From an uncultured Bacilli bacterium (GTDB taxonomy: Bacteria > Bacillota_I > Bacilli_A > RF39 > UBA660), in assembly GCA_947627925.1 (NCBI GenBank), contig CANQXW010000002.1, positions 9,575 to 73,574 of the forward strand: a stretch of 64,000 nt of DNA. The letters run 5' to 3'. Made by a program: the position numbers and the translations under genes. Shown piece by piece: positions 18,216 to 28,066 of this stretch. Each line of letters begins with the position of its first letter. Position 1 is the first letter of the stretch. Below the pieces are notes generated by a model. The model did no database searches and was not told the origin of the DNA. It saw nothing but the letters and a program-made list of their open reading frames with translations.

Positions 18216-19107
18216 TTTTATCTTTATTTAAAAAGTATTTTAAACCCTCTAAACTAAAGATAATAACGCCTCCTAAAATAAAATATAATATATTAAATGT
18301 ATCAAAAGTTAAATACTTAAGAGGTACATCTAAAGTTGTTGGTCCCATAATTATGGAATAGATTGACGCAATCATCATACCTAAAATGGCATAAATGGTT
18401 GCACTTCTTTTTTTATCTAAACATTTTCTTAATAGTTTAATAAAATATAAAATCCCAAATATTACTCCTAAACCAAACACTATTAAAATTGGTAAGGCTG
18501 AAAAATCCAAACTTATTAAAGCTTTTATTTTACTAATAATAGGAATATAAATGCCAAAAATAAGCAAAATGGTTGAACCAGAAATTCCCGGCAATACCAT
18601 CGCTGAAATAGCCACCATGGCCGCTAAAAAGACATATAATATTGTGCCTAAATTAAAACTATCAATATTAAAAGTTCCTCCTACAACTCGGTTTAAATAA
18701 GTAACTAAGATAACTAATAAAGCGCCTAAAATGGCAAAAATAATATTTTTATATTGTCCTTTTAAAGACTCCTTTTCCTCTTTCATAACAATCGGCAAAG
18801 CAAAAATAATAAATCCAATAAATAATGAACTCATTTCGTAAATGTGCTTATCAAATAAATTAGCTAAAAATAAAACCGCTAATAAAAATCCTACACCCCA
18901 ACCAATAGCAATTTTAAATAAATATTTAATGGCTTCTTTTTTCTTATTGATATTTCCTCTAAATAAATCATCTAAAGCGGTAATGAATTTGTCATAAAAT
19001 CCTAAAATAAAGGCTACTGTGCCGCCTGATACCCCCGGAACGCTGTCAGCCAAAGCCATAAAAAAACCGTTGATAAAATTACTAATATAATCCTTAATTT
19101 TCTTCAT
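18208..19107 (-). CDS. DUF368-family polytopic membrane protein (undecaprenyl-phosphate translocase-type family)
   Basis: Duplicated PGVSGGT / PGISGST motifs and multiple TM helices. The preferred start is MKKIKDY at 19107; the tracked ORF extends to 19179. Confidence 0.7.
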   Translation of the reverse strand: MKKIKDYISNFINGFFMALADSVPGVSGGTVAFILGFYDKFITALDDLFRGNINKKKEAIKYLFKIAIGWGVGFLLAVLFLANLFDKHIYEMSSLFIGFIIFALPIVMKEEKESLKGQYKNIIFAILGALLVILVTYLNRVVGGTFNIDSFNLGTILYVFLAAMVAISAMVLPGISGSTILLIFGIYIPIISKIKALISLDFSALPILIVFGLGVIFGILYFIKLLRKCLDKKRSATIYAILGMMIASIYSIIMGPTTLDVPLKYLTFDTFNILYFILGGVIIFSLEGLKYFLNKDKNE

Positions 19108-19275
19108 GCTATCATCATCCTCTTTTTCTAAAATAATTATAGCAAAGAAAAAATAACTAAACAATATATAACTATTCAAACCTATATTTATATTTTCTTT
19201 ACTATTTTCTTTCTAAAAGAAGTTTACAAATAAATTTCACTTATGATACAATAATAATTGAAAGGATATGGTTAT

Positions 19276-19857
19276 ATGAGCCCAAAGAAAAAAGCAGTTA
19301 CAAAAAAAGTTTCTTCTAAAAAAGAAACTAAAAATGTTGGTTTTAAAAATTATTTATATGCTTTCCTTATTTTAGTTGGAGGTATAGCTTTTATATTTTT
19401 ATCTTTTAAATGGTATCAATTAAAAACAGAAGAAAAACTAATGAAGAGTTATTTAATAACTTCTAATACAGTTGTAACCACCATTTCTGATTTAGACGAA
19501 TTTAATCATATCATGCAAGAATCCCCAGCATCATATTTTATCTATCTTAGTTATACGGGAGATAAAAATGTTTACGAAATGGAAAAAGATTTAAAAATTG
19601 TGATAGATAAGTACAATATTAACGATATATTTTATTATATCGATGTTACCGAATTAAAAAAGAACAATCAAGATTATCTAAATAAAATAAAAGAAACCTT
19701 AAATATTCCTGATTTAGAAAGAGTTCCCGCTGTAGTTTATGTTAATGAAGGCGAAATTCTGAATCGCAATATTCTTGATGGCGTTAAAGGAACTAATTTT
19801 AAAGCCGAAGACTTAGAAAGTCTACTTGAAATATACGAATATGATACAGTAAAATAG
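19276..19857 (+). CDS. membrane-anchored protein with a thioredoxin-fold-like layout but no CxxC
   Basis: One TM helix. The pattern FIYLSYTGD...IFYYIDVTEL...VPAVVYVNEGE parallels the paralogs at 37.1-40.7 kb, but TGDK replaces CxxC. Confidence 0.5.
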   Translation: MSPKKKAVTKKVSSKKETKNVGFKNYLYAFLILVGGIAFIFLSFKWYQLKTEEKLMKSYLITSNTVVTTISDLDEFNHIMQESPASYFIYLSYTGDKNVYEMEKDLKIVIDKYNINDIFYYIDVTELKKNNQDYLNKIKETLNIPDLERVPAVVYVNEGEILNRNILDGVKGTNFKAEDLESLLEIYEYDTVK

Positions 19858-19918
19858 GCAGAAACCATATGTACAAATTTAATTACCTCATACATTAATT
19901 GTAGGAGGTAATTTTTTT

Positions 19919-20389
19919 ATGTTATTCGATGATAATAATGTTAGTTTAGATCTATCCCTATTTAATTTACCAGGTGTAACCGAATCCCCAATGAATATCA
20001 TTAATAATTATAATAGCAATTCTAAAAACAAGTTTTTATCAGCTAAAGAAGGATTTTTAAAAGGAAATTCTTTTAAAGATGAATATAAACCTTATAAAAA
20101 TTTAACCTATGTAGATATTAAACCTAAAAGTGATCGCGAAGCCAAATTATATAATGTTATGCAATATGCCTTTGCCATAACCGATATGAATTTATATTTA
20201 GATACTCATCCTGACGACAAAATGGCCTTACGCTATTTAGAAGAACTAATCAATGAAGAAATGGAAGCCAAAAAAGAATTTATGAAATCTTATGGTCCTC
20301 TTATGGTAAATAAAACTAAAGGCGATGAATTTAAATGGATTGATAGTCCATGGTCTTGGGAATCTTTCAGAGGTGATATCTATGTTTAA
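19919..20389 (+). CDS. cotJB: apparent CotJA-CotJB fusion spore coat protein
   Basis: The N-terminal half, AKEGFLKGNSFKDEYKPYKN, resembles the CotJA core. The C-terminal half, MNLYLDTHPDD....YGPL....W.DSPWSWE, is the CotJB signature. Confidence 0.7.
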   Translation: MLFDDNNVSLDLSLFNLPGVTESPMNIINNYNSNSKNKFLSAKEGFLKGNSFKDEYKPYKNLTYVDIKPKSDREAKLYNVMQYAFAITDMNLYLDTHPDDKMALRYLEELINEEMEAKKEFMKSYGPLMVNKTKGDEFKWIDSPWSWESFRGDIYV

Positions 20390-20939
20390 GTATGTAAAAA
20401 CAACTAATTATCCTATTAGCATTACAAAAAAAGATTTAAGAATGGCTAAAAATCTTATAACCCAATTTGGTGGATCTAATGGCGAATTAGCGGCGGCCTT
20501 AAGATATTTTAGTCAAAAATTTACAATGCCAGATGATAAAGGTAAAGCCTTACTTAATGATATAAGTACAGAGGAACTTGGCCATTGTGAAATGATTTGT
20601 ACAATGGTTAAACAACTAACCCAAAATGCAACTGTAGAAGAATTAAAAGAAGTTGGCCTAGATTCTTATTATGCTGAACATAATAAAGGCTTATACCCTG
20701 TAGATGCCAATGGTGTTCCTTTTACTGCCACTTACTTTGCAGTAACTGCTGATCCCATGGCGGATTTAATGGAAGATATGGCCGCAGAACAAAAAGCGAG
20801 AGCAGTTTATGAAAATCTCATTGATTTAACAACTGATGAAGATGTTATTGCTCCCCTTCTATGGTTAAGACAACGAGAAGTCGTTCATTTTAATCGCTTT
20901 AAAGAATTATATGAATATTATAAAAGTAAAGGTTACTAA
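20382..20939 (+). CDS. cotJC: spore coat protein CotJC (manganese-catalase-like ferritin fold)
   Basis: FGGSNGELAAALRYFSQ...EELGHCEM...EQKARAVYE. The ATG at 20382 overlaps the cotJB stop by 8 nt; the tracked ORF starts earlier at 20325. Confidence 0.8.
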   Translation: MFKYVKTTNYPISITKKDLRMAKNLITQFGGSNGELAAALRYFSQKFTMPDDKGKALLNDISTEELGHCEMICTMVKQLTQNATVEELKEVGLDSYYAEHNKGLYPVDANGVPFTATYFAVTADPMADLMEDMAAEQKARAVYENLIDLTTDEDVIAPLLWLRQREVVHFNRFKELYEYYKSKGY

Positions 20940-20940
20940 A

Positions 20941-20965
20941 AAGACGCTTAAAGGCGTCTTTTTTA
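20941..20965. terminator. bidirectional intrinsic terminator between cotJC and ftsK
   Basis: AAGACGC-ttaaag-GCGTCTT is followed by TTTTTT and preceded by AAA. Confidence 0.65.
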
Positions 20966-23197
20966 TTCTTCTTCTTCATTTTTAACTAAGACTTCTCTTG
21001 GTTTACTACCATTTTGAGGCCCTACAATTCCTCTTGACTCTAATAAATCAATCATTCTTGCCGCTCTGTTAAAGCCAAAACGGAATTTTCGTTGAATCAA
21101 GGAAGCACTAATCTTACCCGTTGTAATAGCAAAGTCCACAACTTCATCATACATTGGATCATCATAGCCATCTTCACCATTACCACTACCAGATGAAGAA
21201 TTAGAGCTACTAGCTACCGTAATATCTTCTTTATATTGGGCTTTTAATTGCTTTGTACAATAATTAATTAATTTTTCAATTTCTTCATCCGAAATAAAAC
21301 AACCTTGGATTCTTTCTGGTGTATTCTCCCCCATTGGTAGATAAAGCATATCACCTTTTCCCAGTAACTTTTCAGCTCCTCCCATATCTAAAGCGGTTCT
21401 AGAATCGATTTGGCTTGCTACCGCGAAACAAATACGAGATGGAATATTGGCTTTAACAACACCAGTAATGACATTGGTTGAAGGTCTTTGCGTAGCCACG
21501 ATTAGATGAATTCCAGCAGCTCTTGCTAATTGAGTAATTCGCATAATAGAATTTTCTACTTCTTTAGAAGCCACTAACATCAAATCAGCAAGTTCATCAA
21601 TAATTACTACCCAATAAGGCATTTTGGGAAGCGGCGATTCCGGATGTTTTTTATTTTCTTTTTCGATATGTTCATTATATTCGTTTATCTTTTTAACTTT
21701 TGCTTCGGCAAATTGATCATAACGCCGGTCCATTTCCGCTACTACATTTTGTAACATTACGGAAGCCTTTTTAGGGTCATTTACAACCGGACAATACAAA
21801 TGCGGAACGCCATTATAATTAGTAAGTTCTACCTTTTTAGGGTCAACCATAATAAGTTTTACCTCATAAGGCGTATAATTCATTAAAATTGAACAAATAA
21901 TAGAATTAATACAAACTGATTTACCACTACCCGTAGAACCAGCCACTAAAAGATGGGGCATTTTAGTTAAGTCAGCTACAATAGGTTTGCCCATTAAGTT
22001 TTTGCCTAAAGTAACCATAATATCATACTTATTTTTAGCGTTTAAATTAGCTTCTAATATTTCTCTAAAAGGTACCGCACTAATAGTTTCATTAGGTATC
22101 TCTACGCCGATTGTACTCTTGCCTGGTATAGGAGCTTGAATCCGAACATCTTTAGCGGCTAAAGCTAAAGCGATTTCTTTATTAATAGACAAAATATGAC
22201 TGACTTTAGTTCCCGCCGGAACACAAACTTCATATTGCGTAAAAGCCGGTCCTACTCTAATGTCCACTACTTTACCAACAATGTGGAAATCTCTTAAAAC
22301 TTTTTCTAATAAATCTTTATTAGCCAAAATCTTGGCATCACTTTCGGTTTTTTTCGGAACCTTAACTTCTTTTAAAAGATTAATTGGAGGCAAACGATAT
22401 TTGCCATCATTTACCATATTTTCGACTACTAATGGTTCAATCTCTACAACTTCTTTAACCTCTTCCGATTTTTTATTTTTAATATCTTCTAATCTATTAA
22501 TAACAACTTTCTCATCACTTTTTCGCATTGGCAATTCTTCTGTAACTTGCTCACTAATACTTGGAAGACTTTCTTCTCTTTCGTCTTTCTCCTCATCGGA
22601 AGCTTCTTTATTCCTTTTTACAAATCCTTTAATTTTATCTAAAACATCACTTAACGATAAATCGAATAAAAGAATTAAACCGCCCAGAGCTAATACTACC
22701 AAAATAACGATGGTGCCAGTCCTTGCAAAAAGCATATATAAACCACTTATAGCGAGAGCTCCAACTAATCCTCCCCCAATCGCAATAGAAGTATTTCCGG
22801 TATTTAAAACCGAAGCGGCCATATCAATTGTATTTATCCGATCCATAAATTGATCAAAAGTCGTTTTTAAAATATCGCCGGGATTTTCAATCTCGTTTAA
22901 AAAAGTAAAATGACTAGCGACTAAAACAACTAACAAAATTAGATAAAACCCAATTAACCGAGAAGAAAAAAACTTTGGCATTTTTCTTTTAAAGACCATA
23001 AACAAACCAACTAATAAAAGATAAATTACAAAAACAATCCACCATGAGCCAAATAAAAACATGCCAAATTCTTTAATAAGAGTGCCAATATAGCCAAAAC
23101 CAAAACCAATAATACCAATAATGGCTAAAATTAATCCAGTAAGTTCTACACTCATTCCCTTATTTTGGGAGTCTTTTGATTTTTTACGCTTTGCCAT
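20963..23197 (-). CDS. ftsK: DNA translocase FtsK/SpoIIIE
   Basis: N-terminal TM helices. Motor domain with Walker A GSTGSGKS, IIDELADLM and ATQRPS. C-terminal gamma wHTH domain SASLIQRKFRFGFNRAARMID. Confidence 0.9.
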   Translation of the reverse strand: MAKRKKSKDSQNKGMSVELTGLILAIIGIIGFGFGYIGTLIKEFGMFLFGSWWIVFVIYLLLVGLFMVFKRKMPKFFSSRLIGFYLILLVVLVASHFTFLNEIENPGDILKTTFDQFMDRINTIDMAASVLNTGNTSIAIGGGLVGALAISGLYMLFARTGTIVILVVLALGGLILLFDLSLSDVLDKIKGFVKRNKEASDEEKDEREESLPSISEQVTEELPMRKSDEKVVINRLEDIKNKKSEEVKEVVEIEPLVVENMVNDGKYRLPPINLLKEVKVPKKTESDAKILANKDLLEKVLRDFHIVGKVVDIRVGPAFTQYEVCVPAGTKVSHILSINKEIALALAAKDVRIQAPIPGKSTIGVEIPNETISAVPFREILEANLNAKNKYDIMVTLGKNLMGKPIVADLTKMPHLLVAGSTGSGKSVCINSIICSILMNYTPYEVKLIMVDPKKVELTNYNGVPHLYCPVVNDPKKASVMLQNVVAEMDRRYDQFAEAKVKKINEYNEHIEKENKKHPESPLPKMPYWVVIIDELADLMLVASKEVENSIMRITQLARAAGIHLIVATQRPSTNVITGVVKANIPSRICFAVASQIDSRTALDMGGAEKLLGKGDMLYLPMGENTPERIQGCFISDEEIEKLINYCTKQLKAQYKEDITVASSSNSSSGSGNGEDGYDDPMYDEVVDFAITTGKISASLIQRKFRFGFNRAARMIDLLESRGIVGPQNGSKPREVLVKNEEEE

Positions 23198-23277
23198 ACT
23201 ATCACCAATATCATTATAAACTATTTTGACAATTAATTCTAGATTTTATATAATTAATTTTATTGGGGCGTGATTTT

Positions 23278-23787
23278 ATGATTAATGTGGTTTTATTTGA
23301 ACCCGAAATTCCAACAAATACAGGAAATATTATGCGTACTTGTATTGCTACTAATACCCATTTACATTTAATAAAACCTTTAGGTTTTAGCTTAGATGAT
23401 AAATATGTAAGACGAAGCGGTGTTAACTATATTGATAAATGCCATTATACTCTATATGAAAATATTGATGAATTTTTTGCCAAAAACAAAGGCGAATACT
23501 ATTTTTTAACGCGATATGGCCATAAACCTCATACTTCTTTTGACTACTCTAATCCAAAAGAAAATATCTATTTCTTTTTTGGCAAAGAATCTACTGGTAT
23601 TCCGCCGAAAATTTTAAAACCTTATATTGATCGATGTTTAAGAATCCCCATGACTAGTGATGTTAGAGCCTTAAATTTATCTAACACTGTAGCTATCGTA
23701 GTATATGAGGCCTTAAGACAACAAAACTACCCTAATTTGTTATTCGATGAACCCCATAAATCCAAGAATTTTATTGAGGAAAGTTAA
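23278..23787 (+). CDS. trmL: tRNA (cytidine/uridine-2'-O-)-methyltransferase TrmL (SpoU/TrmH family)
   Basis: INVVLFEPEIPTNTGNIMRTC and the C-terminal LNLSNTVAIVVYEALRQ knot motif. Confidence 0.8.
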   Translation: MINVVLFEPEIPTNTGNIMRTCIATNTHLHLIKPLGFSLDDKYVRRSGVNYIDKCHYTLYENIDEFFAKNKGEYYFLTRYGHKPHTSFDYSNPKENIYFFFGKESTGIPPKILKPYIDRCLRIPMTSDVRALNLSNTVAIVVYEALRQQNYPNLLFDEPHKSKNFIEES

Positions 23788-23802
23788 TACTTTCTTTTTT
23801 TA
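23779..23802 (+). terminator. intrinsic terminator after trmL
   Basis: GAAAGT-taat-ACTTTC is followed by T7 and overlaps the stop codon. Confidence 0.55.
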
Positions 23803-23885
23803 TTATTATATGCTAGAATAATTTTCTAAGAATTGAGGTGCCTTATGACTAAAGAATTAGCTATGCAAATCTTAGGTTTAGAAAA
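23791..23885 (+). repeat. near-identical 5' module (promoter, RBS and first 14 codons), copy 1
   Basis: My manual alignment to 25964-26058 (offset 2173) shows 1 mismatch in 95 nt. The module includes TGCTAGAAT (an extended -10-like element), the RBS GAGGTG and ATGACTAAAGAATTAGCTATGCAAATCTTAGGTTTAGAAAA. Confidence 0.85.
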
Positions 23886-25887
23886 GGAATTCACTTTTAA
23901 AGAATTAATGGAGGCCTACCACAGAGAAAAAAATAAATATGAAAATCATTTTCACGTTTATAAAACGGAATATCCGCCAGAATTAAATGATGTGGAAAAT
24001 GCTTATAAATATTTAAAACAAAATCAATGCTATGTTATACCTACTACTGATAAAACTACGGCAAGAATTTCATATGATGAAGATGAACCTTTATATTCTT
24101 TAGATCGAAAAAATGAAGAAATAAAACAAACAATAAATCGATTTATGGAAAATTTTGCCATTGAGAAAAAGAAATTTATTGAAAGAATATCTATTTATTT
24201 AGAAATTCCTAATATGGCTTATTCCGATACAAAACAAGAGCAAATAGATTTTTTGGCACCACAATATCCGGCTTTTTTAGAAACTTTACAAAATTCAGTA
24301 AAAGTTGAAGTAGAAAGAATATTGCCACTAATTAAAGATTGTCAAGATTATAATGATTTTGCTAAATTTAAGGAAATTGCTGAAAGTTTTAAAGCTTATA
24401 TAAAGGAAATTTACAAAAAGATAATTGAAGAAGTATTAAAGGAATATAATTTAGTCAAATGGGATATGAGTGATATATATAACAATCTTTTCCCTTCTAT
24501 AAAAACCAGATATCACAATTTAATAGAAGTCTACAATTTAGTTCATAATTATATCGTACAAGCAGGACTTGTATCAAATAACAATACCTTTGAGAGAACA
24601 TGTAGAGAAATTTTTAATTACTGGATGATAAATGTTAAACATAGTAAACATTTTAGAGAAATTAGCAAACAAGATTTTCATTCAATGCGTAAACAAGTTA
24701 GAGACAAAATGAAATCTCTATATGGAGACTATTTATCTATAGATATAGCATTCCAAAACGGCTTTCAAAAATTATTTATAGAATCCCTAGACGATTTAGA
24801 AAGAGAAAAAACCGCAATGTATGCTGAATTTTACGATGTATTAGAGGAAAAACGAAAAACTTACAGAAATGAACCAGGGATTGGCTATGTTGGCGATATA
24901 GTATGGGAAAAAATACGAGAAAGAATTAGTGATAAATATGGAAAAGAATTTACGAAAGGAGCCGACAGTTATCCGGTTATTACACCGAGTGTTAGAAAAG
25001 GAATAGAGCAAATCATTGAAGAGGAACAAGATGAAATCGTAAAATTATATAATAAAAGATTTTATCAAATAAAATATTTATTAGACCACTATCCAACTTT
25101 CGCTAACTCAGATTTTGTTAACGAGGAATTAAGAACTCAGGTCTACCCTTTTGAACGTTTTATTATAAATGAAACACATGCAAATGAATTTTTTCGAATA
25201 TTAAATGAATGTGAACCTAATGCTCATATAACTAGTTTTGATTCGATTCCTTATGAAGATGAATCTATTAGTGATGAAATGCTTCATACCTTACAAAAAG
25301 AAGAAGATGATATTCTTCCTAATCGAGGCACCTATTTAGTTTATGATGGCTGTGAAATAACCTGGTTAGAAATTGAAGAAAAACTAAAACAATATCAAAG
25401 AAATGACGAGGTAACTCACGCAATTTATCAAGAGGGAATTTTATTTGCCAAAAATGGAACGTTTAATTCTGAGTATTTAGAACCACACTCATATGCTGGT
25501 GGTATTTATGTTAGCGATTTTATAGAAGAACAAAAACCAGCTATTTTAACATATCCAATAAATGGTGATGTCAAATCTGTAACTTCTATCTTTGAATATA
25601 TTTTGGATAGATTGCGAAATTTACAAGAGTTTGATGCAGTTGCCGATTATACTTTAATATCATTTAATTTAAATAGTCATAATTTATTTATTTTTTCTCA
25701 TCATCTTCCAGTATATGTCGGATTTACAAATAAAAATGAAAAAATGTATTCTAACAATCCATGCTTATTGAGGTATTTTTGTAATCAAGTTTATCAAATA
25801 CCTGATGAATCTTACTTATTTAATGGCAATATTGAGCCAAGAAAAAAAGGTTTTGATCTATTAGTGCGTCGTTATCATAACTATTAA
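23845..25887 (+). CDS. large unknown protein with a degenerate J-domain-like N-terminus, paralog 1
   Basis: I use the ATG after RBS GAGGTG; the tracked ORF begins 12 nt earlier at a TTG. MTKELAMQILGLEKEFTFKELMEAYHREKNKY...VENAYKYLKQN resembles J-domain helices but has no HPD. No other domain was recognised. Confidence 0.75.
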   Translation: MTKELAMQILGLEKEFTFKELMEAYHREKNKYENHFHVYKTEYPPELNDVENAYKYLKQNQCYVIPTTDKTTARISYDEDEPLYSLDRKNEEIKQTINRFMENFAIEKKKFIERISIYLEIPNMAYSDTKQEQIDFLAPQYPAFLETLQNSVKVEVERILPLIKDCQDYNDFAKFKEIAESFKAYIKEIYKKIIEEVLKEYNLVKWDMSDIYNNLFPSIKTRYHNLIEVYNLVHNYIVQAGLVSNNNTFERTCREIFNYWMINVKHSKHFREISKQDFHSMRKQVRDKMKSLYGDYLSIDIAFQNGFQKLFIESLDDLEREKTAMYAEFYDVLEEKRKTYRNEPGIGYVGDIVWEKIRERISDKYGKEFTKGADSYPVITPSVRKGIEQIIEEEQDEIVKLYNKRFYQIKYLLDHYPTFANSDFVNEELRTQVYPFERFIINETHANEFFRILNECEPNAHITSFDSIPYEDESISDEMLHTLQKEEDDILPNRGTYLVYDGCEITWLEIEEKLKQYQRNDEVTHAIYQEGILFAKNGTFNSEYLEPHSYAGGIYVSDFIEEQKPAILTYPINGDVKSVTSIFEYILDRLRNLQEFDAVADYTLISFNLNSHNLFIFSHHLPVYVGFTNKNEKMYSNNPCLLRYFCNQVYQIPDESYLFNGNIEPRKKGFDLLVRRYHNY

Positions 25888-25945
25888 TAAAGGTATAAAT
25901 TTAGTAAACTTTCTAAATACTTACAAAATCGAACTTAATTTGAAT

Positions 25946-25975
25946 GAAAGAAAGGAATGATTCTTTCTTTTTTTA
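25946..25975 (+). terminator. intrinsic terminator after paralog 1
   Basis: GAAAGAA-aggaatga-TTCTTTC followed by T7. Confidence 0.6.
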
Positions 25976-26058
25976 TTATTATATGCTAGAATAACTTTCT
26001 AAGAATTGAGGTGCCTTATGACTAAAGAATTAGCTATGCAAATCTTAGGTTTAGAAAA
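25964..26058 (+). repeat. near-identical 5' module, copy 2
   Basis: See 23791-23885. Confidence 0.85.
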
Positions 26059-28060
26059 TGAATTTACTTTTGAAGAATTAAAAAAGGCTTATGAACAGGC
26101 TCATAATCAATATCAAATAAATCATTATCCTAACTTTATAAAAAATCATTCTGCTAAATTATATGATATTGAAAGAGCATATGAGTTTTTAAAGAAAAAT
26201 AAATGCTACTCAATTTCTCTTCGTGATACTACTAGGAATATTTTTTATGATAATGATGATAAATTTCTAGAATATTTAAAAGGAATAAACGGGGAAATAA
26301 AATTATTAATGGAAAAAATAATTAAAAATTTTCCAATAGAAAGAGAAAGTTTTATTAAGCGAATATCAATTTTTTTAAATTCTCCAAAGATAGTTTATAC
26401 AGATGATGAAGATAATCAAATTACTATATTCACGACAAAATATCCTCGATTTTTAGAACCTCTGCAAAAAGAAGTTAAAGATAAAGTCAAAAAATTAATT
26501 GCGCAGATTAAAGAATTTCAAAGTTACAATGACTTTTTAAAATATTGTGAAATTGTAGAAGAATTTAACCATTTCATAAAAGAAATTTACAAAAAAATTA
26601 TTGAATACTCTTTAAAAGCACATAATTTGGTTTGTTGGGATGTCAGCGATATATACGATAATGTTTTTTCATCTATGCAAAATAGATACCATCAACTATT
26701 TGATGTATATGATTTAATACAAGATTATATTAATGAACATAAATTAACATCTAACAATGCTTTTGAAAACAAGATGAAAGAAGTATTCGATAAATGGTTA
26801 AGGACTTCTAAACATAGTCCTCATTTTAAAGACTTAAGTGAAGAAGAACGAAAAAAAATATTTAATCATGCAAGAAATATAATGAAAGAATTATTTAAGG
26901 ATTATTTATCTGATAGCACCGCTATACAAAATGGTTTTGAAGAAATGCTTATCGAACTTTTAGATAATCTAGAAAATACTGAATCTCAAATCTATCATAC
27001 TCTTAACGAAGTAATCGACGAAAAGATGGCTACATATCAAGGAGATATTGGATTTCAATATTTTTCTTTAACCCATCCAATTTGGAGCCAAATTAGAGAA
27101 AGAATAGTAAGTGTTTATGGTAAAGATTTTGAAAAGGGGAAAAATCCCAATGTTACTCCCGCGATGAAAAAAGACATCGAGCTCATTATTGAAGAAGAAA
27201 TAACAAGACTCATAGAATTATACAATAAAAGATTCTATCAAATAAAATATTTATTAGATCACTATCCAAATTTTGCTAATTCTTCTTATGTTGAAGCAAT
27301 GTTACAAAATTTTGTTAATCCTTTTCAACCTTTTATCACAGAAGGTGCATTTGAAGATGATCTCTTAAAAAAATTAAATGAAACAGAACCAGAGGCCCAA
27401 TTAACTAGTTTTGATTCCATTAATTATATTGATGAAATTATTAGTGATGAAACACTACAAATGGTAAATCCTGATGAAGAGATATTACCTAATCGTAATA
27501 CCTACTTAGTATATGATGGGAGCGAATTTTCTTGGCTAGAAATAGAAGAAAAATTTAAACAATACAGCCAAAATGACACAGAAATTTATGCTATTCATTG
27601 CGATGGAATGCTTTTTGCCAAAAGCGGAAAATTTAATCCTAATTGTATCGAACCTGCTAGTTATGATGGTGGCTATTTTGTTAGTGATTTTAAAAGAGAA
27701 CAAGAAAGCGATATTGCTGACACCTACAAAGATTACTGGAATAATCCATCTACAACTTACACCTTTAGAGCTGCTTTAAACAAATTCAGTGTTTTAAAAA
27801 ATTTAGAACAAGTTGCTGATTTTACTTGTGTAGCTTTTAACACAAAATATCATAGTCTTTTTATCATTTCTCATCATCTACCTGTCTATATTGGCTTTAC
27901 CAATAAAGGAGAAAAAATGTATTCTAACAATCTAAGTTTATTAAGGCATTTTTGTCCATATATTCATAAAATGCCTGATGAATCTTACTTAATTGATGGC
28001 GATATTATGCCACGTCGAAAAGGTTTTGATTTATTAGTTCGTAATTACCATAACAATTAA
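26018..28060 (+). CDS. large unknown protein with a degenerate J-domain-like N-terminus, paralog 2
   Basis: The tracked ORF is 684 aa, the same as paralog 1. Shared blocks are KEIYKKIIE, LYNKRFYQIKYLLDHYP.FANS, LPNR.TYLVYDG, HHLPVY.GFTNK.EKMYSNN and PDESYL..G.I.PR.KGFDLLVR.YHN. Confidence 0.75.
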   Translation: MTKELAMQILGLENEFTFEELKKAYEQAHNQYQINHYPNFIKNHSAKLYDIERAYEFLKKNKCYSISLRDTTRNIFYDNDDKFLEYLKGINGEIKLLMEKIIKNFPIERESFIKRISIFLNSPKIVYTDDEDNQITIFTTKYPRFLEPLQKEVKDKVKKLIAQIKEFQSYNDFLKYCEIVEEFNHFIKEIYKKIIEYSLKAHNLVCWDVSDIYDNVFSSMQNRYHQLFDVYDLIQDYINEHKLTSNNAFENKMKEVFDKWLRTSKHSPHFKDLSEEERKKIFNHARNIMKELFKDYLSDSTAIQNGFEEMLIELLDNLENTESQIYHTLNEVIDEKMATYQGDIGFQYFSLTHPIWSQIRERIVSVYGKDFEKGKNPNVTPAMKKDIELIIEEEITRLIELYNKRFYQIKYLLDHYPNFANSSYVEAMLQNFVNPFQPFITEGAFEDDLLKKLNETEPEAQLTSFDSINYIDEIISDETLQMVNPDEEILPNRNTYLVYDGSEFSWLEIEEKFKQYSQNDTEIYAIHCDGMLFAKSGKFNPNCIEPASYDGGYFVSDFKREQESDIADTYKDYWNNPSTTYTFRAALNKFSVLKNLEQVADFTCVAFNTKYHSLFIISHHLPVYIGFTNKGEKMYSNNLSLLRHFCPYIHKMPDESYLIDGDIMPRRKGFDLLVRNYHNN

Positions 28061-28066
28061 TATTTA

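Noticed and set aside
22260-22853. 197-aa ORF antisense to ftsK. Similar shadow ORFs are at 7380, 9233, 10219, 10958/10981, 11255, 11742, 12324, 18176, 24841, 27573, 28153, 28465, 29530, 29848, 32442, 35430, 38512, 39856, 40504, 40934, 41645, 44393, 46941, 47739, 48084, 48404, 51804 and 53718.
   Set aside because: Each lies inside, and mostly antisense to, a longer gene with clear family motifs. They are Ser/Leu/Phe/Ile-rich and have no RBS.
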